Below, piece after piece: positions 10,575-20,811 of a stretch of DNA of 64,000 nt. Position 1 is the first letter of the stretch. The number at the start of each line of letters is the position of its first letter. The stretch covers positions 4,672,001 to 4,736,000 of the forward strand of contig OZ244048.1 of NCBI GenBank assembly GCA_965215265.1, read 5' to 3'. Under the pieces are notes generated by a model, which worked only from the letters and a program-made list of their open reading frames with translations, was not told the DNA's origin and searched no databases. The stretch comes from Candidatus Poribacteria bacterium. GTDB lineage: Bacteria; Poribacteria; WGA-4E; WGA-3G. The translations under genes and the position numbers were made by a program.

Positions 10575-11549
10575 CTACATAGGTAGTACGACCTTCGTTT
10601 TATCTTTTGCAGATTGGTAAGTTGCCAAAACTACCTCAACGGCATGTTTACCCCCTCTACCATCAATCATAGGTGTTTTGTTATCATGGATGCATTCCAC
10701 AAAATGCGCGAGCTCTCCGATTACACCGTGTGCACCTGTGCGATCCGGTGTGATTTCGCGCCATTCGGATGAACCCAATTTTTTGAGGTAAGCAATATCG
10801 GTGCTCATATCTAGCCGGAGAGAACCTTCCGATCCGTCCAAGATGGTTTCGTTGGTGCCTCGTGCCCCGAGGAAACCACCCCATCGCAAAATTCCCACTA
10901 CCTGCGAATCATACCGTATGAGAGAAACAGTATAATCTTCCCAATCATCATGCCCTGAAAAACTGCCTGTCTCCGCAGCGACTGTGACAGCAGTCCCACC
11001 AAACCAGTTAATCAGGTCGGATTTGTGGATTCCGTTTTCTAACAACCCACCGACGGTGCCGTACCAACTGTCTGGACGGGTACGTGGGGCATTGTAGGGA
11101 CCTGTGTAATCGGTTTCTATGTAGACCGGCATCCCGATTTCGCCTGCATCAACGAGCTGCTTGCCGAGTTGATGCACAGGATAAAAGCGGAGTACCTGCC
11201 CTACCATCAAATGAGTCCGTGCTTTATCTGATGCTGCAATCATGGTATCTGCATCCTCAAGCGTAAGGGAGAGCGGTTTTTCGCAAAAGGCGTGTACGCC
11301 AGCCTCTGCAGCAGCCACGACAACTTCTGTGTGAGCAATCGGCGGGGTAGCCACTATGACACCATCAACGGTTTTTAAAAGTTCTTGATAGTCACGGAAG
11401 GCACGGATTTTATGCTGTTCAGCGACTTCTTCAGCTGCTTCCAGTCTCAGATCTGCTATTCCCACAAATTCACAATTTTCAACATTTGGGAGGGCGTTGC
11501 AATGAGAACGTCCCATCCCGCCAACTCCGACAACACCTATACGAACCAT
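10575..11549 (-). CDS. Gfo/Idh/MocA oxidoreductase
   Basis: GVVGVGGMG, FCEKPL, GGLLENGIH; start at MVRIG behind AGGAG. Confidence 0.9.
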   Translation of the reverse strand: MVRIGVVGVGGMGRSHCNALPNVENCEFVGIADLRLEAAEEVAEQHKIRAFRDYQELLKTVDGVIVATPPIAHTEVVVAAAEAGVHAFCEKPLSLTLEDADTMIAASDKARTHLMVGQVLRFYPVHQLGKQLVDAGEIGMPVYIETDYTGPYNAPRTRPDSWYGTVGGLLENGIHKSDLINWFGGTAVTVAAETGSFSGHDDWEDYTVSLIRYDSQVVGILRWGGFLGARGTNETILDGSEGSLRLDMSTDIAYLKKLGSSEWREITPDRTGAHGVIGELAHFVECIHDNKTPMIDGRGGKHAVEVVLATYQSAKDKTKVVLPM

Positions 11550-11562
11550 GTCAGATCTCCTT

Positions 11563-12333
11563 TTATTTTCCTGCACTGGTAACCGGAAACGGAGCGGCAA
11601 ACTGATACGCGCCATCTGTATCTACGGAGATGCGCGGCGGCTGCCGATTTCTTTCAAACCAATTATAACCAATTTGCAGATTTTTCCAAAATGTTATCTG
11701 CGGTTCATCCTTTAAGCGTTCCAGCGCGCGGTTATCTAATCTTGTCGGAAAAATATGCACTGGGATGCTCGATTGTCCGTTTGACTTTGCTTGCACTGCC
11801 AACCAATAGAGTGCTTTGATGCCGTCATCGGTAATCGGAACACAGCCGACCGTCACGCATCCGCCGTGGATAAATATATCGCTGCCGGGGTGTTGCGGGT
11901 CTCCTAAAATTCTATCCGATGGGTTTGGATAATTCAGTCCGAGCGACAAATAAAAATTACTGTTTGGATTGAATCTGTCAATTTTATAAAAGCCTTCTGG
12001 AATCTGCAAATCTCCCTCGCGTCGTTTTGGACCTAAGTTTCCTGATGTTTGACAAATTGCGAAATTTTTCACGAATTTGAAAACATCTTCGGTTTTTGCC
12101 GCTGCCCACAACTCCAAAATTTTCTCTTCTTTGAAAACACGGATGAATAGTTTCAACGGTGGATAAGTGATGCCTTTATCAGCAAACAGGCTGCGCAAGT
12201 CGGTGTCTGTTTTTGATATGGCTCTCTGTACGCGAGGGTGTCTTCGCTGTTTGTCCGCAAAAGTCTGTCCGTCTGTTAATTGACAGGAAAATAGCATAGC
12301 AAATGTAAGCAAGGCAGTCGTGTGTAGTTTCAT
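11563..12333 (-). CDS. YafK/DpaA-like L,D-transpeptidase (YkuD) family protein
   Basis: Signal peptide; GPKRREGDLQIPEGFY, LNYPN, IHGGCVTVGC catalytic motif. Confidence 0.85.
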   Translation of the reverse strand: MKLHTTALLTFAMLFSCQLTDGQTFADKQRRHPRVQRAISKTDTDLRSLFADKGITYPPLKLFIRVFKEEKILELWAAAKTEDVFKFVKNFAICQTSGNLGPKRREGDLQIPEGFYKIDRFNPNSNFYLSLGLNYPNPSDRILGDPQHPGSDIFIHGGCVTVGCVPITDDGIKALYWLAVQAKSNGQSSIPVHIFPTRLDNRALERLKDEPQITFWKNLQIGYNWFERNRQPPRISVDTDGAYQFAAPFPVTSAGK

Positions 12334-12405
12334 ATTTTTATTGAAGTCCTCTTTCATTGAGGTTAATATTACATGAGTGGTATATTTAGAGAATTCCGTA
12401 AGATG

Positions 12406-13062
12406 CTATTTTGCGCGTTGTTTCACCACTCCTATTATGATTGAAACCGCAATGACGATTCCGAATCCCCAGAAGAGTAATTTGATACTTCCGGTTGCGC
12501 GTTCACCAAGATAGGAATAGAGCAAGGTAGCCGGGAGCTGACCTATGCCAGTGGCGACGGCGAACGCTATGAACCGTATTCTTGTAAGCCCTGCTCCATA
12601 ACTAATGGCATCAAAAGAGATGATTGGCACCAAACGTGCGATGAGGACTGCATGCTGTCCATATCGGAGGAAAAACAGGTCGGACGCTTCTATCGCGGAT
12701 TCGCTGAGAACTTTGACAACAACAGGTCTACCGAGGACGCGAGCAATGAAAAAGCAGAGCATCGCCCCGAGCATCGCGCTACTCCATGATAGTGCAGCGC
12801 CCCACCATACGCCGAATAGGAGTCCATTGGCGAAGGTAATCAGGAAGGCGGGGAGTGGGGCGATGATGCTTTGCAAAACCATCAACAGGGCAGAGACAAT
12901 TGGTGCCAGCACGCCGTATGAGGCGATATAATCGCGGAGTGTTTCCAAATTCTGAAACTTGGCGAAAATATCGGTTAGCCAGCTGCGAAACGCAGGTTGG
13001 ATTAGAGCGAAGAAGCCAAGTCCCAGCAGCACCAATAGGAGTGCAATTTTAAGGCGATTCAT
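12406..13062 (-). CDS. TVP38/TMEM64 (DedA/VTT) membrane protein
   Basis: PLPAFLITFANG, IARLVPIISFD, GQLPAT motifs. Confidence 0.9.
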   Translation of the reverse strand: MNRLKIALLLVLLGLGFFALIQPAFRSWLTDIFAKFQNLETLRDYIASYGVLAPIVSALLMVLQSIIAPLPAFLITFANGLLFGVWWGAALSWSSAMLGAMLCFFIARVLGRPVVVKVLSESAIEASDLFFLRYGQHAVLIARLVPIISFDAISYGAGLTRIRFIAFAVATGIGQLPATLLYSYLGERATGSIKLLFWGFGIVIAVSIIIGVVKQRAK

Positions 13063-13984
13063 TTTTCAGTAGTCCTATCAATGCGCTGCTCATCCGTGCT
13101 TGTGCTTCCTGAACCTTGTCTTCGTGCCAGTCATAAAAACCTTTTTCGGATTTTACACCGAGCTCTCCAGTTTCAACCATCTTTCTGAGAAGGGGGTTGA
13201 TATCAGGCGAACTGTTCAGATCACGATAGAGCGTTTCAAAAGCGTCAAGGACGAGGTCCCAGCCTGCAAATTCAAACACTTCAAAGGGCCCTGCAACACT
13301 GAGCCGTCTTCCGAAACTATTGCGTACTACCATGTCAACGGTTTCTGCAGTAGCGATGCCTTGTTCGACAATAGAGAATGCTTCGCGGATGAGGGCGGCT
13401 TGCAAGCGCGGTCCAACAAAACCCAGTGCTTCTTTTTCAATAATTGCTGGTTTTTTGCCGAGGGTCGTCAATAAATCGGAGGCCACTGAAACTGTTTCAT
13501 CGGACGTTTCAGGACCGCGAATCAGTTCTACAAGCGGAATCAGGAAGGGTGGATTAAAATAGTGGGTATTGAGCACTTTATCGCGCCGGTTCGTTTTCTC
13601 TGCGAGCTGACTCGGCATCAGTGCTGTTGTATTGCTTGCCAAAATTGTGTGCGGGTGGCAGGTCGCGTCTAGTTGCTCAAAAATCTGTTGTTTCAATGCC
13701 AAATTCTCCGGAACGGCTTCAATCACAAAATCCGCATGTTGGGCTATCTCTGTGAGCATTGTGCTACCCTGAAGTCGGCACATGGTTGGTGCAATCGCGT
13801 CCCTCGCTATGATGGCGTTGTCAGCGAGCATGTTGAGGTTGCTCTCAATTCTTGCAAAAGCTGCCTCAATTTTTTCTTCTGTTACGTCATGAAGATAGAC
13901 AGTGTAGCCGACTGTCGCGAATTCTTGAGCGATGCCGTGGCCCATGAGCCCTGCCCCAATAACTGCTATTGTTCGTGGTTGCAT
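13049..13984 (-). CDS. 3-hydroxyacyl-CoA (3-hydroxybutyryl-CoA) dehydrogenase family
   Basis: GAGLMGHGIA, IEAVPENLALK, HYFNPP, GVKSEKGFY. Confidence 0.9.
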   Translation of the reverse strand: MQPRTIAVIGAGLMGHGIAQEFATVGYTVYLHDVTEEKIEAAFARIESNLNMLADNAIIARDAIAPTMCRLQGSTMLTEIAQHADFVIEAVPENLALKQQIFEQLDATCHPHTILASNTTALMPSQLAEKTNRRDKVLNTHYFNPPFLIPLVELIRGPETSDETVSVASDLLTTLGKKPAIIEKEALGFVGPRLQAALIREAFSIVEQGIATAETVDMVVRNSFGRRLSVAGPFEVFEFAGWDLVLDAFETLYRDLNSSPDINPLLRKMVETGELGVKSEKGFYDWHEDKVQEAQARMSSALIGLLKNESP

Positions 13985-14046
13985 CAGATACCTCCAGCGC
14001 AAATGATAAGAGATGCTGCAGCACTAAGCTGCAGTGGCGTTAACGG

Positions 14047-14772
14047 TTATGTACGTTCGGTTCCCTCCTCCTTAGTAGGAGACGGTTGCGTGCTGCAAGC
14101 GATGACGATGGTGAATTCGCCACGGGGGGCGGTTCTACGGAATTTCTTGAGCGCTTCACTGACGTTACCGCGGAATATCTCTTCAAAACGTTTGGTCAGT
14201 TCGCGCGCAATGACGATGTCACGTTCCCCCATGACTTCAAGTACATCTTCAAGAAAACGGATGAGCCGATGCGGCGACTCAAACAGTATTAACGTTCTTT
14301 TTTCAGCTGCGAGTACAGCTAATTGACGTTTCCGTTTCCCTGTTTTTGGAGAGAGGAAGCCTTCAAAAGTAAAATTGTGCAGCGGCAGTCCAGAAATGGA
14401 GGCGGCTGTAATGACTGCCGAGGGTCCGGGAATCGCCTCGATCGGAATTTCTTCTGCGATGCATCCTCGGAGCAGTGGGTATCCCGGATCTGAAATCGTA
14501 GGGGTGCCGGCATCTGAAACAAGCGCAATGTTTTGTCCGTTCCTTAGCCGTGCGAGGAGTGTTGCACGCTTTGCTTGTTGGTTGCCCTCGAAATAGCTAG
14601 TTATTGGGGTGTGAATGTCGTAATGTGTTAAGAGGCGGCGTGTTTGTCGAGTATCCTCAGCAGCGATGAGCTCAACTTCTTTTAAGATACGGAGGGCTCG
14701 CAGTGTAATATCCTCTAAATTTCCAATAGGTGTGCTAACGAGGTAAAGGGTACCGGTTGTCTTATCGTGCAT
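14047..14772 (-). CDS. rsmI: 16S rRNA (cytidine1402-2'-O)-methyltransferase
   Basis: STPIGNLEDITLRAL, AEDTR, SDAGTPTISDPG, FESPHRL, RELTKRFEE. Confidence 0.95.
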   Translation of the reverse strand: MHDKTTGTLYLVSTPIGNLEDITLRALRILKEVELIAAEDTRQTRRLLTHYDIHTPITSYFEGNQQAKRATLLARLRNGQNIALVSDAGTPTISDPGYPLLRGCIAEEIPIEAIPGPSAVITAASISGLPLHNFTFEGFLSPKTGKRKRQLAVLAAEKRTLILFESPHRLIRFLEDVLEVMGERDIVIARELTKRFEEIFRGNVSEALKKFRRTAPRGEFTIVIACSTQPSPTKEEGTERT

Positions 14773-14825
14773 TTTGTGCTAAATTGACTGTTGTACCTTA
14801 GCATTGCTATTTGATTCAGTGAAAG

Positions 14826-15689
14826 ATGATTGCGAAGGATTTTTATTGTAGGTTTCCAATATTAAGACGTACTCTCGTATCTGCTGCGTTTTTTTTTACG
14901 TTGATGAGTTCTGCTATTGGGCAGAAGGCAACCGTCTATGCTTTTGAATCTGCTCGTCCACTCTACGTTGGTGCACGCGCTTTAGGCATCGGGAACGCTT
15001 TCACGGCAGTTGCTGATGATGCGACAGCCGGCTTTTGGAATCCTGCCGGGTTAATACAGTGGCAAGGCGTAAAACTTTTCGGTGTGAACAAATTCCACGA
15101 TAGGAACGATTACCGTTTCGATCCCAAGGGCATCGGATATAGTTACCGTGGCTATAGTCTGTTTTGGGGAAACAAAATTGCCTTGGGGGTTGAGTCGGGC
15201 GTGCCCGATTTTAACTATTACAGTATCGCGCATCAATTCGGTTCCTATGTGGCTGCTGGATTGAGTCTCAAATTTAAGCGAAGGCATCCGTCCGGAGTAT
15301 ATCAATTTTTCGGCTATCAGATGTCTTATGATGTCGGGTTACTTTTCAAACCGCGTCCTGACCTCAAATTCGGGTGGCTCGCGCAGAATCTTGATGGTTA
15401 CGGGATTCAGTGGATGACGCTTGGCACGGCGTATTGTTATCGCACATGTGAATTCTCAGCTGATGTTGTCCTCTCTACCGAAGGAGCAACGCCTGAACTG
15501 TATCTTGGGGCAGAATGGCACCCTGTTCCGCTCCTTTATCTTCGGGGCGGTAGTTCCAACGGTTTGTTAACTCTTGGCATGGGTGTTGAATGCAAATTCG
15601 CTTGGATTAACACCATAAATCTTAGCTACGCCCGAATTTTCGAACGTGATTTCGTCTCGGACTTCATTTCTGCCGAGTTGTGGTTTTGA
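14826..15689 (+). CDS. PorV/PorQ-like outer-membrane beta-barrel protein
   Basis: Signal peptide, GARALGIGNAFTAVADDATAGFWNPAGL motif, C-terminal aromatic residue. Confidence 0.75.
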   Translation: MIAKDFYCRFPILRRTLVSAAFFFTLMSSAIGQKATVYAFESARPLYVGARALGIGNAFTAVADDATAGFWNPAGLIQWQGVKLFGVNKFHDRNDYRFDPKGIGYSYRGYSLFWGNKIALGVESGVPDFNYYSIAHQFGSYVAAGLSLKFKRRHPSGVYQFFGYQMSYDVGLLFKPRPDLKFGWLAQNLDGYGIQWMTLGTAYCYRTCEFSADVVLSTEGATPELYLGAEWHPVPLLYLRGGSSNGLLTLGMGVECKFAWINTINLSYARIFERDFVSDFISAELWF

Positions 15690-15777
15690 TGCCCGCTGGT
15701 AGGGTGGGTGGCATGCCTCCGTCATGAGGAGGAGCAGAGGCACATCCAAAACAAGACGGATCCGAAATAAATTCCGG

Positions 15778-17187
15778 CTACTCTGATTCTGTGACATTCT
15801 TCCACTCTAATTCGGATTGATTCCATTCAAACTGTTGCAATGGACCGAATTTGAGGTTAACGGTTAAATTTTTCGGCGTTGGTGAACTGTCAAACAGATT
15901 AAAATCGCGGACAACGACGTAGGTGTGCTGTCCATCGGAAATTGTTTCGCAGGCCTCGATGAAGTCGTCTAAATTTCGGATCTGTTTCCCGTTAATATCA
16001 AGGATGACAACTTTGGAATTGCCGTTTCTTTCTTGCACACCAACACGGGAAAAACTACTGCCTGCGACAGCATGCGGCAAATAGACACCGTCTGCTTCCA
16101 AGTAGAGCATGCGTCGGAGTTTAGGCGTAATATCGTGAAAAACCGCCCCGCCGAACCTAACGAATCTCTGAACCTTTTTGTGTTCTAAGTCCTCAACAGG
16201 AACATCAAGCTGCAGGTTTTCACCGTTACGATAGATGTCCAGAGTGACGGTTTTTCCAACCTGCTTGTTCAAGACAGCATCAAACGTATATAAATCGTCC
16301 TTGATGAGTTTTTCATCGATGCGGTAGATGATATCGGATGCCCTCAGCATAGCCTCGCCGGTTGTACGTGGCACTATGGATTCAATCTGAATCACCTTAG
16401 GGGTTCCGGCCTTAGAGGGGCCTATCTCTTTTCGCAGTGCACTCGGAAAATTAAAATGTTTAATCGCTTCACCTATAGAAATCAAATCTAAGTCAACGCC
16501 GATTTCACCCCGCTGAATAGACATGTTATCCCGAATCAACTGCAGGGCATCGATAAGGTAATCAATCGGTAGTTCAAAACTCGAAGTGTCGGTACCTCGC
16601 GCATGGATGGCGATAACCTGGCCGGCGGTATTCCATACAGGACTGCCGCTTGAACCGCCTGTCCGGTCAAACGTGGTGTGGATATAACTAGAGTGCCGGT
16701 CACCTTTGTTGACGTTCAAATTCGCAATCGTTCCGAATTTAATCGAGTACTCCTCTTTTTCGTTATTGCCGATGAGTAACAGCTCATCTCCAAGGGCGAG
16801 TTCATCCCATGCCCCCAATTCAACGGCTTGGAGTTCAAATTCGACTTCGGCCGGGTTAATTTGATAGAATCCGAAGTCGTGCGTCGGATCGTAGTAGAGA
16901 ATTTTGGCTTCGGTAAAACTACCATCATGGAAGTTAATTTTAACGTACGCCGGGCTGCTACCGGTAACATGACGGTTCGTTGCGATGATACCGTGCTCAT
17001 CGTCTATAACAAAGCCTGTGGCGAAACTGGTACCCTTCACCTCGGTTTCAAAAACAATCTCGGAGGCCGTTTCTACATTCACTACCATCGGTTTAAAGGC
17101 AGCAATCTGGTCTGTCCAATTGTGGGCTGCATCCGTGGTTGCTACAGTAATTGTAAGCGTACATAAAAGCAATAGTATCTTCTTCAT
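15778..17187 (-). CDS. Secreted trypsin-like serine protease with PDZ domains (Nma111/DEG7-like HtrA subgroup)
   Basis: ATGFVID, TNRHV (His), DPTHDFG (Asp), GGSSGSP (Ser); signal peptide. Confidence 0.85.
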   Translation of the reverse strand: MKKILLLLCTLTITVATTDAAHNWTDQIAAFKPMVVNVETASEIVFETEVKGTSFATGFVIDDEHGIIATNRHVTGSSPAYVKINFHDGSFTEAKILYYDPTHDFGFYQINPAEVEFELQAVELGAWDELALGDELLLIGNNEKEEYSIKFGTIANLNVNKGDRHSSYIHTTFDRTGGSSGSPVWNTAGQVIAIHARGTDTSSFELPIDYLIDALQLIRDNMSIQRGEIGVDLDLISIGEAIKHFNFPSALRKEIGPSKAGTPKVIQIESIVPRTTGEAMLRASDIIYRIDEKLIKDDLYTFDAVLNKQVGKTVTLDIYRNGENLQLDVPVEDLEHKKVQRFVRFGGAVFHDITPKLRRMLYLEADGVYLPHAVAGSSFSRVGVQERNGNSKVVILDINGKQIRNLDDFIEACETISDGQHTYVVVRDFNLFDSSPTPKNLTVNLKFGPLQQFEWNQSELEWKNVTESE

Positions 17188-17502
17188 AATTTCCTTTTAT
17201 TTTCCACACGCAACCGCCGATCGCGTGTGTTAGATGTAGTACTGTTTTTTTTTACATAAAATCATTTTATCATATAAACTTGGGATAAATCAAGATGTTT
17301 ATAGTAATAAGCAGGGCGTTTTCTAATTCGAGCCAATTGCTAATGGGTACTGATAGGCTTGATTGACTTCATGAGAAAAGCGAACAGGGGCCTAAAATCC
17401 ACTGTGTTTTTTATCCGGACAATATCCATATCTTTGGATTGAGCGGAAGACGGTTTTCCCGTCGGGGCGTTTAGAAAACCGCACTATAAAAAATAGGACA
17501 TG

Positions 17503-17532
17503 TTGACGAGGTTTCCGAAAACATGATATATT
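17503..17532 (+). promoter_or_regulatory. Putative sigma70 promoter of acetamidase gene
   Basis: TTGACG-18 bp-TATATT with TGn extension. Confidence 0.45.
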
Positions 17533-17585
17533 ATCATATAGCCTTGTAGCAAAGATTTATTATACTACAGTGAGAGGAGTTTTCC

Positions 17586-18515
17586 ATGGCAACCCATCAC
17601 TTTCAACCCACAGTTTATCACACGGCGATTGGCGCGCATGAACCGGTGCTACACGTTCAACGCGGCGATACCATTCACACGACCACCGTTGATAATGCGG
17701 GGTACGATGCTACCGATACACAAGTAACCCCCGGTGGCAATCCTCAAACAGGGCCTTTCTATATTGAATCCGCCGAGCCCGGAGATACGCTCGCGATCCA
17801 TTTTGACTGCATCGTCCCAAATCGGAAAATCGGGCGTACCGCTACTGTTGTCGCCCCCAATGTACTTGACCCAAGCTACGTCGTCTCCGAGATGCCGGAA
17901 GGCGGCCGGGCAGAATGGCACGTCGATGTTGAGAGATGGATCGCGACGTTGATATCGCCAGAAACGCAGCTAGCCAATTTGACGCTTCCTCTTGAACCGA
18001 TGGTCGGCTGTTTTGGCGTTGCACCGCCACGCGGGCAGGCAATTTCAACCGCAACCTCATCAACCCATGGTGGGAATATGGACTATCGAGGCTTTAAAGA
18101 GGGCGTTACCGTCTACTTCCCAGTATTTGTGCCCGGTGCGCTTTTCCACCTTGGCGATGGGCATGCTGTGCAAGGGGATGGCGAAATTGTCGGAACGGGG
18201 ATTGAAATCTCTTTTGATGTGCAGTTTACAGTCGATGTGCTCAAGGGCAAAAGTATTAACTGGCCCCGCGCAGAGAATGCCGATTACATCCTTGCAGCTG
18301 GCAATGCACGGCCCTTAGATCAGGCCATACAACACGCGACAACGGAAATCCTGCGGTGGTTAGGTGAACTCGGCTTGGATAAATGCTCAGCACATATCTT
18401 ATTAGGGCAAGTCGTAGAATATGACATCGGCAACGTCTTCGACCCAGCTTATACGATGGTATGTAAAATCAAAAAATCTATATTATCGGACATCGGGCTC
18501 ATGCAGCGTGTTTGA
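17586..18515 (+). CDS. Acetamidase/formamidase family protein
   Basis: NPQTGPFYIE..EPGD, HGGNMD, GDGHAVQGDGEIVGTGIE. Confidence 0.92.
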   Translation: MATHHFQPTVYHTAIGAHEPVLHVQRGDTIHTTTVDNAGYDATDTQVTPGGNPQTGPFYIESAEPGDTLAIHFDCIVPNRKIGRTATVVAPNVLDPSYVVSEMPEGGRAEWHVDVERWIATLISPETQLANLTLPLEPMVGCFGVAPPRGQAISTATSSTHGGNMDYRGFKEGVTVYFPVFVPGALFHLGDGHAVQGDGEIVGTGIEISFDVQFTVDVLKGKSINWPRAENADYILAAGNARPLDQAIQHATTEILRWLGELGLDKCSAHILLGQVVEYDIGNVFDPAYTMVCKIKKSILSDIGLMQRV

Positions 18516-18716
18516 CCGGCGGAGCATGTTTATAGGGCGGAGGTTACAGCAAAATCCGTTTTAATCGATGGCGATTGGATTGAGTTGCGAAAATAGAGAT
18601 TCGAATTTGTTGAAAATTGCGGAAAAGTGTCACAGCAGCGATGCAATTTTCGATGGAATCGAGTCTAGAAAAATTTGCTTTCTGGTATAATTATATCATT
18701 ATACAAAGGAGTTACT

Positions 18717-20720
18717 ATGAAAACCCTATTAGTCAACCGAAAGGTTATCAGGTCAATTCTGACTGTGATGTTGTTGATATGCGTCGCACAGTTCAGCAGT
18801 TATGTTGCTGCGGCACCTACCGTTACCGTATCAACCCCGGTGCCGTTGACGGAGGCAAACTTAGATGGGAGTGTCGTCACATTAGCCCTCAGCGGCGGGA
18901 CGTACGAACGATTTATCTTTGCTATCCGTGATGCGGTGAAAGTCTCAGGCGTTAGAGGGGTAAGTGCTACGACTTTTTTCGGTGTGAAACGTGTGAGCGA
19001 CACAGAAATGACCGTTGAACTTGTCTTCGACGGCAATATAGATAGCGATACCACATTAACCTTCACCATTAGTGCTGGTGCCATAGCCGAATATAATGGT
19101 CCCGCGCTCACCGCACAACTCCCCATCACTGCCGTAGCCGAATCGGTAGTTGCCTCAACCGCCCTTCCGTTGACGGAGGCGAATTTGGATGGGAGTGTTG
19201 TCACTTTAGCCCTCAGTGGCAGGACTTACGAGCGATTTATCTTTGCTATCCGTGATGCGGTGAAAGTCTCAGGCATTAAGGGTGTAAGTGCTACGACTTT
19301 CGGTGTGAAACGTGTGAGCGACACCGAGGTGTCCGTTGAACTTGCCTTCACCGGCAATATAGATAGCGATGCCACGCTAACCTTTACTATCGGTGCTGGT
19401 GCCATAGCCGAATATAATGGTCCCGCGCTCACCGCACAACTCCCCATCACTGCCGTAGCCGAATCGGTAGTTGCCTCAACTGCCCTTCCGTTGACGGAGG
19501 CGAATTTGGATGGGAGTGTTGTCACATTAACCCTCAGCAGCAGGACCTACGAGCGAAATATCCGCGCTATCCTTGATGTGGTGACAGTCTCAGGCATTCC
19601 GGCGGTAGCCGTTAAGACTACCTCGCAGAGTGACGAGGCAGCAACACAAAGTGGAGAAGATATCTGCCAAACTGACGATGTGCTTGCCCCCGGAGAAAGT
19701 TGCACTTACCCCGGCACGGACGGCAAGTTTTCTGTACTCCATGATGGCAGAGGTCAAGTGAAGGTGGGACCACTCAATCTCACTGCCGACAGGATTATTG
19801 ATTCCAGAAATATAACAGTGAATAATGAGATTTTTAACTTCCTTGCCAGGAACCGCGGCGGATCTTGGGTAATAGAAGAAGCTGGACACACCGTCTTTGG
19901 CGTGGCACGTGTGAGCGACACCGAGGTGTCCGTTGAACTTGCCTTCACCGGCAATATCGACACCGATGCTACGCTAATCTTCACCATCGGTGCCGGCGCA
20001 ATAGCAGGTTATGACGGACCTCCGCTCAAAGCAGAAATAACCGTCACCCCGGATGCTGAAGTTCCAGAAATACCAGAACCAGGACAAACTGGAGACAGAC
20101 CCACACAGCTTGCAGCAGATGTTAATAAGGACGGTACCGAAGACTTCCTAGATTTGGTATTTGTTGCATCACGTTACGGGCAAACAGGGCAGAATCCGGC
20201 AGATCTCAACGGGGATAACGTCGTCGATATTTTAGATCTTCTTCTTGTTGTTGCTGCACTAGACACAAGTGCAGCTGCACCTGCACTGCATCCTGATTCG
20301 ATAGAAATGCTCACCGCAGCCGACGTGAGAAAATGGCTCTCTCACGCACACTCCTTAAATCTCACGGATGCTACGTTCCGAAGAGGCGTTCTGGTTTTGG
20401 AACAACTCTTAACCGTGCTAACCCCCAAAGAGACTCTCCTCTTGCCAAATTATCCGAACCCGTTTAATCCGGAGACATGGATACCGTATCGGTTGGCAAA
20501 ACCTGGAGATGTCCAATTGACAATCTACGCTATGGACGGGCATGTAGTTCGGCGGTTGGTTCTCGGACATCAACCTGCAGGCATCTATCAGACGCGCAGC
20601 CGGGCAGCCTATTGGGATGGTAGGAATGCATTCGGTGAACCCGTGGCGAGTGGGATTTACTTCTACACACTCACGGTGGGTGAGTTCACTGCTACGAGGA
20701 AAATGATGATACGGAAGTAA
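18717..20720 (+). CDS. Secreted repeat protein with three ~107-aa Ig-like repeats, dockerin-like EF-hand pair and FlgD/T9SS-like C-terminal domain
   Basis: Signal peptide; PLTEANLDGSVVTL x3; DVNKDGTEDFLDL and DLNGDNVVDILDL; LLPNYPNPFNPETWIPY...WDGRN..GE.VASGIYFY. Confidence 0.85.
   Translation: MKTLLVNRKVIRSILTVMLLICVAQFSSYVAAAPTVTVSTPVPLTEANLDGSVVTLALSGGTYERFIFAIRDAVKVSGVRGVSATTFFGVKRVSDTEMTVELVFDGNIDSDTTLTFTISAGAIAEYNGPALTAQLPITAVAESVVASTALPLTEANLDGSVVTLALSGRTYERFIFAIRDAVKVSGIKGVSATTFGVKRVSDTEVSVELAFTGNIDSDATLTFTIGAGAIAEYNGPALTAQLPITAVAESVVASTALPLTEANLDGSVVTLTLSSRTYERNIRAILDVVTVSGIPAVAVKTTSQSDEAATQSGEDICQTDDVLAPGESCTYPGTDGKFSVLHDGRGQVKVGPLNLTADRIIDSRNITVNNEIFNFLARNRGGSWVIEEAGHTVFGVARVSDTEVSVELAFTGNIDTDATLIFTIGAGAIAGYDGPPLKAEITVTPDAEVPEIPEPGQTGDRPTQLAADVNKDGTEDFLDLVFVASRYGQTGQNPADLNGDNVVDILDLLLVVAALDTSAAAPALHPDSIEMLTAADVRKWLSHAHSLNLTDATFRRGVLVLEQLLTVLTPKETLLLPNYPNPFNPETWIPYRLAKPGDVQLTIYAMDGHVVRRLVLGHQPAGIYQTRSRAAYWDGRNAFGEPVASGIYFYTLTVGEFTATRKMMIRK
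18843..19545 (+). repeat. Intragenic tandem DNA repeats of about 320 bp
   Basis: Units begin CCGTTGACGGAGGC at about 18843, 19167 and 19488, with long identical blocks. Confidence 0.9.
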
Positions 20721-20756
20721 AAGTAGCGTATCCTGCTGAATATCCCAAATGCTTTT

Positions 20757-20793
20757 TTCGTGCTAACTACAAAACTTTTGTAGTTGGCACGAA
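20757..20793. terminator. Near-perfect 37-bp palindrome between convergent genes (bidirectional terminator or REP-like)
   Basis: TTCGTGCTAACTACAAAA-C-TTTTGTAGTTGGCACGAA. Confidence 0.7.
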
Positions 20794-20811
20794 TCTGTGG
20801 CAGGACGAATC

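Noticed and set aside
18843-19545. Near-identical repeats as possible DGR template/variable regions
   Set aside because: All copies are in-frame coding, differences are not adenine-restricted, and no reverse transcriptase is present
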